From assembly GCA_035542475.1 (NCBI GenBank), contig DATKLL010000003.1:31608-63607 (forward strand): a stretch of 32,000 nt of DNA, read 5' to 3'. The notes beneath the pieces are model-generated. The model searched no databases and was not told the DNA's origin. It worked only from the letters and a program-made list of their open reading frames with translations. This stretch comes from Syntrophales bacterium (GTDB lineage Bacteria > Desulfobacterota > Syntrophia > Syntrophales > UBA2185). How positions within the stretch are numbered: position 1 is the first letter of the stretch; each line of letters starts with the position of its first letter. Below are positions 1 through 8,056 of the stretch, piece after piece. Position numbers and translations under genes: made by a program.

Positions 1-274
1 CTTTTTTTTGCATCTTTAAGAGCCGTCCTATTAGTTGGGGATTCATTCATTGCTATTGTTGTCTTACATAAGTGCAATGCTAACAATGCGAAATTCTGAA
101 AATTGTGGAGGTAGCTGGAGGATGTTTTTAATTCCATAAAATAAGGGTGTGAGCATAAGTAAAAAAATTACACCAAATATTTTTATAAGTGAATAATTAG
201 TTTGTTAACAGGCAAGGTGACATTGTTACTAAGTAGATAAATCTGCAACGGTAACTGATGACGCAGATGCATTA

Positions 275-496
275 TTGATGTGGTTGATATTTATGTGGAT
301 ATTTATATGGATATTGTTATTGATTGTCGGTGGACTGTTGTTTTATTTCATAATTCGTACCACAAAAACAAAGGTGCAGATGCCGAAACAGAGAGGAAGT
401 CCTTTGGATATTTTAAAGAAGCGTCATGCCAGGGGGAAGATTACCAAAGAAGAGTTCGACAAGATAAAAAGGATCTGGAGAGTCGAAAAAGAATAG
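275..496 (+). CDS. SHOCT-domain membrane protein (N-terminally short paralogue)
   Basis: One hydrophobic helix followed by a C-terminal 'SPLDILKKRHARGKITKEEFDKIKR' SHOCT-type signature. It aligns clearly with ORF 1316-1636 but lacks that protein's lipobox and Gly-rich N-terminus. An in-frame stop at 230-232 leaves only a TTG/ATG start at 275/278. Confidence 0.6.
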   Translation: MMWLIFMWIFIWILLLIVGGLLFYFIIRTTKTKVQMPKQRGSPLDILKKRHARGKITKEEFDKIKRIWRVEKE

Positions 497-663
497 CAAA
501 TTGTTCCAAGCGGGAAATCTTGGATGAGTTTTAAACATCCAAGAAACTTCGGTCAAGAAATAGGGAATGAACAGTAAGATATTTCGAAAGCCACAATCAT
601 ACTTTTCCTGATTGCCATGCCAGAGTGAATGCTACTAATATTTACTTTAAGGACTGCCAATTT

Positions 664-1182
664 ATGAAAGTATCCCTAAAGCAGCTTATCCTTTTTTTTC
701 TGATATGCGGTATGATCTACTGTCTTTCTTTCCCTGCTTATTCGCGTGGAGAGAAAAGCTATAATGTAATGGAGGGTGATCAAGCCCCAAATTTTTCCCT
801 GAAAGATTTGAATGGCCATAATGTCAGGTTAAGTGATTATAAGGGTAGACCTGTTCTTTTATTATTCATGACTACGTGGATCCGCGGATGCTGGGAGATG
901 ATTCCACATATGAAGGAGTTTCATTCCCTTTACAGCAAAAAGGGTTTGGCTCTTTTTAACATCGATATCCAAGAGTCCCAAAAAAGGGCGGAGCAATTTG
1001 CAAAGGAAAAAGTCATTCCCTATCCCACTCTTCTAGATAAGGATGGTGAAACACGCAGCAAGTTTGGTGTTTTCAGTGTACCGGTCATGATTTTGATCAA
1101 CAGTGAAGGCCGGATTATCTGTTGGGACTGTCCTGATCTCAGCAAGCTTTTAGAGAAACAATTCAGGATTAAAGAGAAATAA
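664..1182 (+). CDS. Secreted thioredoxin-fold protein (TlpA/ResA/AhpC-TSA-like redoxin) with degenerate active site
   Basis: Signal-peptide-like N-terminus 'MKVSLKQLILFFLICGMIYCLSFPAYS' from the ATG at 664; the ORF track starts at GTG 625. The redoxin context 'APNFSLKDLNGHNVRLSDYKGRPVLLLFMTTW' is followed by 'IRGC' in place of CxxC. Confidence 0.7.
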   Translation: MKVSLKQLILFFLICGMIYCLSFPAYSRGEKSYNVMEGDQAPNFSLKDLNGHNVRLSDYKGRPVLLLFMTTWIRGCWEMIPHMKEFHSLYSKKGLALFNIDIQESQKRAEQFAKEKVIPYPTLLDKDGETRSKFGVFSVPVMILINSEGRIICWDCPDLSKLLEKQFRIKEK

Positions 1183-1315
1183 TAACCGATATTGTACAAC
1201 CGTCGTATCTATTTAATTATATGTTCAAATAAGAGATGGAAGATATTCCAGACAGCGAATTGATAGGCAGGAATTAAGCAAGTCTCTGGTTCCGTAAATT
1301 AAGGGGACATAAAAG

Positions 1316-1636
1316 GTGAAAAAGCAGCATGCAATATTTTTCTCGATGATAATTAGTTTTTTAACGTCCTGTGGAGGAAATGGTTACTACGGCGGGCAAG
1401 GTCCTGGAGGCTGGGGTCCGATGATGCATTACGGATATGGTGGAGGTATTTTTATGTGGATACTATTTTTAATCATCATTGGGTTATTGGTATATTTCGT
1501 TATTCAGGCCACAAAAACGAAAGGTCAGACGACGACACATAATGAAAGTCCTCTGGATATCTTAAAGAAGCGCTATGCCAAGGGAGAAATTACGAAAGAA
1601 GATTTTGACAGGATGAAAAAGGACCTGGAAACTTGA
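1316..1636 (+). CDS. SHOCT-domain lipoprotein-like membrane protein
   Basis: GTG start. Lipobox-like 'FLTSCGG', a Gly/Tyr/Met/His-rich stretch 'GGNGYYGGQGPGGWGPMMHYGYGGG', one TM helix, and a C-terminal 'SPLDILKKRYAKGEITKEDFDRMKKDL' SHOCT signature. Confidence 0.7.
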   Translation: MKKQHAIFFSMIISFLTSCGGNGYYGGQGPGGWGPMMHYGYGGGIFMWILFLIIIGLLVYFVIQATKTKGQTTTHNESPLDILKKRYAKGEITKEDFDRMKKDLET

Positions 1637-1818
1637 GAAAATAACAAACTGGTAAAACAGAAAACCCTGGAAGAGTTTTAAACAGCCGGGAAAATTCCAA
1701 CCAAAGAAAGGAGAGAAAAATGGTGCCTTTAAAAAAAATCCTTTGCCCGACCGACTTGGCGGGATATATCCTTTCTGATAAGATTGTTTGATAAATTCCT
1801 AATGTATAGGAAGTTCAC

Positions 1819-2517
1819 ATGAGTAACGGCACAGAACAGCGGGCGAACGCCGGAAGAAAAGCGATTATGAAAGCCGCTGTGCTTGTCATATTCATCATTT
1901 CAGCTGTCTACATCATCCGTTTCACCCCTGTGAAAAATCTGCTCACGCAGGAGGTCCTGGGCAGTTTTCTTGAGGCCGCAGGCTTTTGGGCTCCCGTGAT
2001 ATTTATGTTCGTATATGCTGCCGGTATCTGTCTTTTTGTCCCGGGGACATTACTCACCGCACTGGGAGCGGCCATCTTCGGCCCCTACTGGGGATTTCTA
2101 TATGTGTGGGTCGGGGCCATGGTTGGTGCGAGCGTTTCCTTCTGGATCGGAAGGACTCTCGGGCGGGACTTTGCCGCGTCATTGATCGGCGACCGTCTTA
2201 AAAAATACGACGATGCCATAGAGCGTAACGGCTTTGCCGCTGTCCTCTATCTGCGCCTGGTCTACTTCCCATTTACACCTATGAATTTCGGCATGGGATT
2301 GACGAAGGTCCGCTTTTGTGATTACTTTTTCGGAACCGGCCTCGGTATCATAGCCGGGACGTTTATTTTTACCTTTTTCTTTGGAACCATAAAAGAGGTC
2401 TGGGCCGGCGGTGACTGGGGACGGCTTTTCTCCTTCAAAGTCTTCTTCTCCATCGCGCTCTTTGTCTTTTCGTTTTTTATCCCGAAGATCATAAAAAAGA
2501 TCAGACAGGAGTATTGA
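1819..2517 (+). CDS. TVP38/TMEM64 (DedA superfamily) membrane protein
   Basis: Polytopic membrane protein with the family core 'FVPGTLLTALGAAIFGPYWGFLYVWVGAMVGASVSFWIGRTLGRDF'. Confidence 0.85.
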   Translation: MSNGTEQRANAGRKAIMKAAVLVIFIISAVYIIRFTPVKNLLTQEVLGSFLEAAGFWAPVIFMFVYAAGICLFVPGTLLTALGAAIFGPYWGFLYVWVGAMVGASVSFWIGRTLGRDFAASLIGDRLKKYDDAIERNGFAAVLYLRLVYFPFTPMNFGMGLTKVRFCDYFFGTGLGIIAGTFIFTFFFGTIKEVWAGGDWGRLFSFKVFFSIALFVFSFFIPKIIKKIRQEY

Positions 2518-2552
2518 TTCTCACAGTACTCATTTTCACAGGAGGAAGTAAT

Positions 2553-4016
2553 ATGGGAAGCTTTGATTATGACCTCGGAATCATCGGCGGGGGTGCGGCA
2601 GGTCTGACAGCAGCAGCCGGCGGTGCCCAGTTCGGCGCCAAGACGATACTGATCGAGAAGTCCGGCAGACTCGGTGGTGATTGCCTGCATTACGGCTGTG
2701 TGCCTTCAAAAACTCTGATCAGAACCGCCGGTATATGGGCGCTTGCAAAACGGTCCGCCGAATTCGGCCTGCCGGTATTGTCCATACCCGCTGTGAACCT
2801 GAAAGCTGTCATGAACCGCGTGAAAGAAGTCATTGACAGGATTCAGCGACATGACTCGGTGGAGAGATTCTGCGGATTGGGAGCGGAGATTCGTTTTGGT
2901 GCGCCGGTCTTTGCGGATGATCATGTGGTTACCCTGGAAGGAAAGCGGATCTCCGCAAAGAACTGGATTATATCGACGGGGTCAGGTGCCGTGGTCCCCC
3001 CCGTGGATGGACTTGCTGACGTCCCCTTCTGGACGAATGAAACGGTCTTCTCTCAGGAAATACTGCCTCCCCGGCTCATTATTCTGGGCGGCGGCCCCAT
3101 CGGCCTGGAGATTGCCCAGGCTTTTGCGCGCTTGGGTTCCCGGGTAATCATCATCGAATTCATGGACCAGATTTTAGGTCCGGAAGATGTCGATATGGCC
3201 GACATTCTGAAGGCTCGTCTGGAAGCGGAGGGAATACAAATTCACACGAATACAAAGGCCGTTCGGGCGGAATCACACGGGTCAGCAATCATACTTACTG
3301 TTGCTCCTGCCGCTGGTGGAGGAGAAGAGACAAAAATCGAAGGCGATGCAATCTTCGTGGCAACAGGCCGGGCGCCCAATATAAAAGGCTTGGGGCTAGA
3401 TGCGGCTGGTGTAACATTCACGGCTAAAGGCATTCCGACGGACTCCAGAACGCGGACCAATATAGCTCACATCTATGCCTGCGGGGATGTAAACGGCCAG
3501 TTGCTTTTCACACACGTAGCGGGATATGAGGCGGGCATTGCCCTGACCAATGCGGTCCTCCACCTCCCCCGGAAGATGGACTACAGCCGGATCGGCTGGT
3601 GCACCTACACAGACCCGGAAGTGGCTAGCATCGGTTTTAACGAGAAGCGGGCCAGGAAGGAAGGTCTGGAGTATCAGATCATTGAGGAGCTATTCGCCGA
3701 CAACGACCGCGCCCTTGCGGAAGGTGAGACGCTGGGCAAGATCAAGATTCTTCTAAACCCAAACGGGAAACTCCTGGGCTGCCAGATCATCGGCGCCCAT
3801 GCCGGCGACCTTATACATGAATGGATAATCGCTACAGCCGGAGGCGTGAAGCTGTCCTCCATCGCCGGCGCCGTACATATCTATCCGACCATGTCGGAAA
3901 TCTCAAAGCGTGCCGCAGGCAAGTACTTTTCCGATAAAATATTCAGTGATACGACAAAAAATATCCTTCGCCTTCTCTTTAACCTCAAAGGAAGGGCTTG
4001 CACATTAAAACCGTGA
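2553..4016 (+). CDS. FAD-dependent pyridine nucleotide-disulfide oxidoreductase (dihydrolipoyl dehydrogenase / mercuric reductase-like)
   Basis: FAD-binding 'DLGIIGGGAAGLTAA', redox-active disulfide 'GGDCLHYGCVPSK', second Rossmann motif 'LIILGGGPIGLE', and a C-terminal dimerisation region. AGGAGG at about 2538-2545 favours the ATG at 2553 over the ORF-track start at 2514. Confidence 0.85.
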   Translation: MGSFDYDLGIIGGGAAGLTAAAGGAQFGAKTILIEKSGRLGGDCLHYGCVPSKTLIRTAGIWALAKRSAEFGLPVLSIPAVNLKAVMNRVKEVIDRIQRHDSVERFCGLGAEIRFGAPVFADDHVVTLEGKRISAKNWIISTGSGAVVPPVDGLADVPFWTNETVFSQEILPPRLIILGGGPIGLEIAQAFARLGSRVIIIEFMDQILGPEDVDMADILKARLEAEGIQIHTNTKAVRAESHGSAIILTVAPAAGGGEETKIEGDAIFVATGRAPNIKGLGLDAAGVTFTAKGIPTDSRTRTNIAHIYACGDVNGQLLFTHVAGYEAGIALTNAVLHLPRKMDYSRIGWCTYTDPEVASIGFNEKRARKEGLEYQIIEELFADNDRALAEGETLGKIKILLNPNGKLLGCQIIGAHAGDLIHEWIIATAGGVKLSSIAGAVHIYPTMSEISKRAAGKYFSDKIFSDTTKNILRLLFNLKGRACTLKP

Positions 4017-4024
4017 ACCATCCC

Positions 4025-4149
4025 TAGGCTGTTGAAAAACCCTTATCTGCTACGTTGCTCTGCAAACCGAAGCGCTCAACGTATTTCCATATACGCCTCG
4101 CACTTCGCTTATTGAGCGCCTTGCACCTAAGCGTTTTTGAACAGCCCTA
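4025..4149. repeat. MITE/REP-like palindromic intergenic element
   Basis: Imperfect terminal inverted repeats 'taggctgttgaaaaac' (4025-4040) and 'gtttttgaacagcccta' (4133-4149). A nested inverted repeat 'gcgctcaa' (4072-4079) pairs with 'ttgagcgc' (4112-4119). It lies between convergent genes and has no credible coding potential. Confidence 0.5.
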
Positions 4150-4182
4150 TAATAAGGAGGTTTTTAAACAATTCCTCCCCTG

Positions 4183-4764
4183 TTATTCAAGGGGCGGGGA
4201 TGGAATTCGTAAAAGCCCTGCTATGTTTTGCTTATGGCTATAGAAGATGAAGAGGGCGGTTATGATCGTTCCTGCCATTGCTACTGTCTCGTATCCGCAC
4301 ACGATGACCGTCCCGACCGCTAGTACGATAGTCATGAAGAAAGAGGCGATGAAGGGAACGCGGACGATCCCGTATACGCCGAGCCAGACCAGAGTGGACA
4401 AGGCAACAGCAACGGGTGAGATCAGTGCAGTAAACCCGAGATAGCTTGCCACCCCTTTCCCACCACGAAACTGATGAAAGCAGGGGAAGCGGTTGCCGAC
4501 AACAAGCGTGAACCCCACCCAGGGAACATTGTTCAGAGAGAGAAAGTGCAGCGCCACCCAAGAAACGGCGATAGCTCTTGCTAAATCAAGCAAGAGTACG
4601 ACCCCTGCCCACAGCATACCGGCCTGCCGATAGACGTTCGTAGTTCCGGCTGTCCCGCTGAAATGATATCTCGGGTCATCCCTTCCCAGCATCTTGAAGA
4701 GCAGGATGGAGAAGTTGACAGAGCCTGCAATGTAAGCTGCCAGGAGCAGAATTGCCATTATCAT
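4183..4764 (-). CDS. plsY: Glycerol-3-phosphate acyltransferase PlsY-like (acyl-phosphate dependent), divergent motif 1
   Basis: Five or six TM helices, with 'FSGTAGTTNVYR' (canonical SGNxGATN) and 'FPCFHQFRGGKGVASYLG' (canonical F.GGKGVAT). It lies 36 nt downstream of the PKS-type dehydratase on the same strand. Confidence 0.8.
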   Translation of the reverse strand: MIMAILLLAAYIAGSVNFSILLFKMLGRDDPRYHFSGTAGTTNVYRQAGMLWAGVVLLLDLARAIAVSWVALHFLSLNNVPWVGFTLVVGNRFPCFHQFRGGKGVASYLGFTALISPVAVALSTLVWLGVYGIVRVPFIASFFMTIVLAVGTVIVCGYETVAMAGTIITALFIFYSHKQNIAGLLRIPSPPLE

Positions 4765-4800
4765 GACTTTATATCCCGCAAGTATTAATTTAAAATTCTC

Positions 4801-5688
4801 CTACCCCTGTTTATCAAAGGGACGGACAAGAGGACTGTACAAGACCCAACCTGGGGGCTTGACCCGGCCGCCGGAGACATCCCTCATAATCACGCCTCTG
4901 ATCTCCTCACAAAGATCACCAGACAAATCATAAATCCATATATCGAAGAGAAGGGATTCTCCGGGCACTGCAGCAGGCAATATACGGCAACGGTAGGTCT
5001 CACCGGGTATCGTCGATTTGACGATGATGCGCTCCTCAAAACCTACAGGGAAGGCCACTATATTGTAGTACCGCTGTCCCCAGGCACAGGCGACATGAAG
5101 CGCTCCGTCGAGGGGAAAAGGGGAACCAAGGGGCTCTGATGGAGCCTGATTAACAGCAGCATACACCTTTGCCACGGCACCGCTCTTAGCGAGAAGGATG
5201 TCACCTCTGACATTTTGATATGACGGCCCGAAGGGCACCAGGTCACTGTACAATTTTTCCGGGGACATCTTATAGGGAAACCCTTCTACTGCTGACGCCG
5301 TATCCATAGGCATTCCCGCGAAACGCTCCCCTGCAGCCGTGAAACTGACAGCGGTATGCACCTTCGTCCTGGTCATGGTACCTCTTATCCTGTCGATCGT
5401 GATCAATTTGGAAAATATGCGGCCGCTCTCATAGACCTCCAGTTCATTGCAGGCCTCTATGATCTCGGCATCCTTTTCAATATTCAGAAAACGGTCGAAT
5501 GTGGCTGAACTCATGCATCCGACATGCGCATCCGGCCGATAAGCCCTCACTGATGCGGCCAGGTGCTGAAGCTCCTCAACGGCGGGGAAAATGATTTTAC
5601 TCTCGAAATGGTGGTCCCTGAGATAGGGATGAACAGGGATAATAAGGGGAAGACGAATACGCTCTATCAGTCGGGACGTATCTTCCAT
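4801..5688 (-). CDS. Stand-alone polyketide-synthase-type dehydratase (double hotdog, PS-DH)
   Basis: N-terminal 'HPYLRDHHFESKIIFPAVE' fits the HxxxGxxxxP-type catalytic His motif with Ser at the Gly position. C-terminal 'PFPLDGALHVACAW' fits the DxxxH/Q motif. Confidence 0.7.
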   Translation of the reverse strand: MEDTSRLIERIRLPLIIPVHPYLRDHHFESKIIFPAVEELQHLAASVRAYRPDAHVGCMSSATFDRFLNIEKDAEIIEACNELEVYESGRIFSKLITIDRIRGTMTRTKVHTAVSFTAAGERFAGMPMDTASAVEGFPYKMSPEKLYSDLVPFGPSYQNVRGDILLAKSGAVAKVYAAVNQAPSEPLGSPFPLDGALHVACAWGQRYYNIVAFPVGFEERIIVKSTIPGETYRCRILPAAVPGESLLFDIWIYDLSGDLCEEIRGVIMRDVSGGRVKPPGWVLYSPLVRPFDKQG

Positions 5689-5691
5689 CTC

Positions 5692-7191
5692 TTAATTCCT
5701 TTTGAACATTTCCAGATCATCAAAACGGTTCATCATTTCTAAACGGCGGATATATCTTTGATACCTTTCCTCCCAGCCGATCCTGAGGATCTGCCTTTCC
5801 GTAAAAAATTTCATGATTGGTTTGGCCATATACGTCCAAAAGGACATCCATAATCTGCCTTGCTTTCCCGCAAATGACGATGGCTTCCACCAGCCCAAAG
5901 CAGTTTCCCTGTTATACCAGAAGGAATATTGCAGCTCATCGGATTCCAGATGCCTGGTTTTCACATTTGCCCAAAAGCCGCTGTAGCGTTCATAACGGTC
6001 GTGATTCGTGACTAATCCCTCACCGATCAGATAATCTCTGAGCCGGGTCTTGGGATAGGGCGTCAGCATCTGACAGTAGGATGCGTCCACCTCCAGCTCA
6101 TTAAGAAACTGATAGTTTTTTTTGATAGCCTCTTCGTCATCATCCGGCAGTCCGAAGATCAGACCGCCGATCACCATGATGCCATACCGGTGACAATTAT
6201 CTATAGCCTTTTTTGCCTCTTTTACAATGTCTGCTTTCCCCATGGTTCTGAGATTATTGCTCGACACATTTTCAATCCCAAGGAAAATGATCCGGAATCC
6301 CGCTTCGGACATTTTTTTCACCATAGCTTCATTTCGGGCCACGGACATACAGTCGGCCTGAACGACCAGCTGCAAGTTTTGATACCGCCTTTGTATGATG
6401 GCATCACAGACGGTAATCACCCATTTAGGGTTCAGAACCATATTGTCATCGGTGATGAAGATCAGCTTTGTTTTTTTGTTGAAGTAGATGTCGTCAAGAT
6501 CGGCAATGATGCGCTCAACAGGATATGTCCTGTAAGAGCGCCCGTACATGTGATTAATGCTGCAAAAATTACAACTGTGGGTGCAGCCGCGGGAAGTTTC
6601 CATAACCTCGATCCTGGAATACATGAAATGGTATCCTCCCGTCAGACGCCTGTGATCACGGATCGGCAGTTTCAGGCGGGACAGATCACAGAGTCCGCCC
6701 CGTTCGTTGTGCACCCACCTGCCGTCCTTTCTGTAAGAGAGGGATGGTATAGTTTCCAGTCTGTCCGTCCCTGCCAGGGCGTTCACCAGCCTGCGGAAGA
6801 CCTCTTCCCCTTCCCCCTTGATGATAAAGTCGATCTCATCCCCCTCTGGTGATGAGGCAATCTCCTCACTCATCAATGTGGCATGATAACCCCCGATGGC
6901 GATTTTTACATGCAGCAGGATACTTTTAATCAGTCTAATCAATGCAAGAGCGGTTGGATACTGCCATGTCATGGCAGACACGCCAACCAGGTCGGGGCGA
7001 ATTCTTTTTAAGGTCTTTGTCAGATAGGTCGAGATGTCTTTCCGTTTCCGGATCAGATCAATCAGATAGACGTGATGCCCTTCATCGACATTTCCTCCGA
7101 TGCAGGCGATGCCATGGTTGGGCATATGGAGCGCCATTTCGTGGATAACAATGGGTATGACATCCGGCATGGATATAAGGACAACTTTCAT
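5692..7191 (-). CDS. B12-binding-domain radical SAM enzyme (class B)
   Basis: N-terminal Rossmann-like cobalamin-binding region ('MKVVLISMPD...VGVSAMT') followed by the radical SAM cluster motif 'CTHSCNFCS' (CxxxCxxC). Its start overlaps the PlsC-like stop by 4 nt (7188-7191). Confidence 0.85.
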   Translation of the reverse strand: MKVVLISMPDVIPIVIHEMALHMPNHGIACIGGNVDEGHHVYLIDLIRKRKDISTYLTKTLKRIRPDLVGVSAMTWQYPTALALIRLIKSILLHVKIAIGGYHATLMSEEIASSPEGDEIDFIIKGEGEEVFRRLVNALAGTDRLETIPSLSYRKDGRWVHNERGGLCDLSRLKLPIRDHRRLTGGYHFMYSRIEVMETSRGCTHSCNFCSINHMYGRSYRTYPVERIIADLDDIYFNKKTKLIFITDDNMVLNPKWVITVCDAIIQRRYQNLQLVVQADCMSVARNEAMVKKMSEAGFRIIFLGIENVSSNNLRTMGKADIVKEAKKAIDNCHRYGIMVIGGLIFGLPDDDEEAIKKNYQFLNELEVDASYCQMLTPYPKTRLRDYLIGEGLVTNHDRYERYSGFWANVKTRHLESDELQYSFWYNRETALGWWKPSSFAGKQGRLWMSFWTYMAKPIMKFFTERQILRIGWEERYQRYIRRLEMMNRFDDLEMFKRN

Positions 7192-7976
7192 AAGTCCGCT
7201 TTTCTCTCCATGAGGGAGCGGGTATCAGCCATGAGACCGGAGAGGGTGAAGGCATCACTATTATAATCCAGTTCAAGGCTTCCGGCCAGTTCGACATCAA
7301 TCACATTTTTAGCACAGGTATTAAATAAGAACTTCCCCGGAGGAAAGAGTTTGCCGGTGTTCCGGATCAACACGATCTTGATCGGCGCCTTACAGAGCCT
7401 GGCAATCCTGAATGCACCTTTATCAAACGGTCCTATCCGGCCGTTTAAGGAACGCGTCCCCTCGGGAAATATAAATAGATTACCTCCTGAAGAAAGATAC
7501 TCCTTCATTTTTTTTATCTGGTCGATCATGTCTTCCAAAAATATATCTTCCGTCATGGAGGGTATATAACCTGACGTCTTCAATATCCAGCCGAAAACGG
7601 GAAGTCTGAAATAGTCGCTTCTTACGATGGTCTTCTGTCTTTCAAACAGAGATACAAATAGAATGGGATCAAGAAAGGAGAGATGATTGGCAATGATGAC
7701 CGAAGAGCGTATGGCGGAGACGTCTTTGGAAACATGCCATTTCACTCCGGGAACGATGGTCCGCAAAAGGTAGAAAAAAACCCGGTGGAGCTGATGGTTA
7801 AGTTTTTGAAAGGCCTCTTCAGGCTTGCCGGAAAAGAAAAACGCATACAAATAAAAAGGTGAAAAGAACAAGATGTATCCCATAATATAGCAAGTCCAGA
7901 GAATGACCGTAATGATGAAATCCTTGGCGGATTGTAACAGTGAAGGGTATTTGGTTTGCGTATCGTTTGTCGTCAT
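7188..7976 (-). CDS. 1-acyl-sn-glycerol-3-phosphate acyltransferase family (PlsC-like) protein
   Basis: N-terminal TM helices, HX4D motif 'ANHLSFLDP', and 'FPEGTRS' motif. Confidence 0.85.
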   Translation of the reverse strand: MTTNDTQTKYPSLLQSAKDFIITVILWTCYIMGYILFFSPFYLYAFFFSGKPEEAFQKLNHQLHRVFFYLLRTIVPGVKWHVSKDVSAIRSSVIIANHLSFLDPILFVSLFERQKTIVRSDYFRLPVFGWILKTSGYIPSMTEDIFLEDMIDQIKKMKEYLSSGGNLFIFPEGTRSLNGRIGPFDKGAFRIARLCKAPIKIVLIRNTGKLFPPGKFLFNTCAKNVIDVELAGSLELDYNSDAFTLSGLMADTRSLMERKADL

Positions 7977-8008
7977 GGCGAGACCTTTACGTCACTTGGA
8001 CGACTGTA

Positions 8009-8056
8009 AAAATCCCCCCATGCCCCCCCTTTACAAAAGAAGGGACGGGGGATTTT
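8009..8056 (-). other. Intergenic stem-loop between the KS and PlsC-like genes (possible attenuator or mRNA-stability element)
   Basis: A perfect 10-bp inverted repeat 'aaaatccccc' (8009-8018) / 'gggggatttt' (8047-8056) encloses a nested ccctt/aaggg stem. On the mRNA strand the GC core is followed by a U run. It sits in a 79-nt gap in an otherwise tightly packed operon. Confidence 0.4.

Noticed and set aside
1-13. Possible start of a minus-strand gene running off the left edge (reverse complement reads ATGCAAAAAAAAG).
   Set aside because: Only four codons lie inside the window, so there is no way to support a call.
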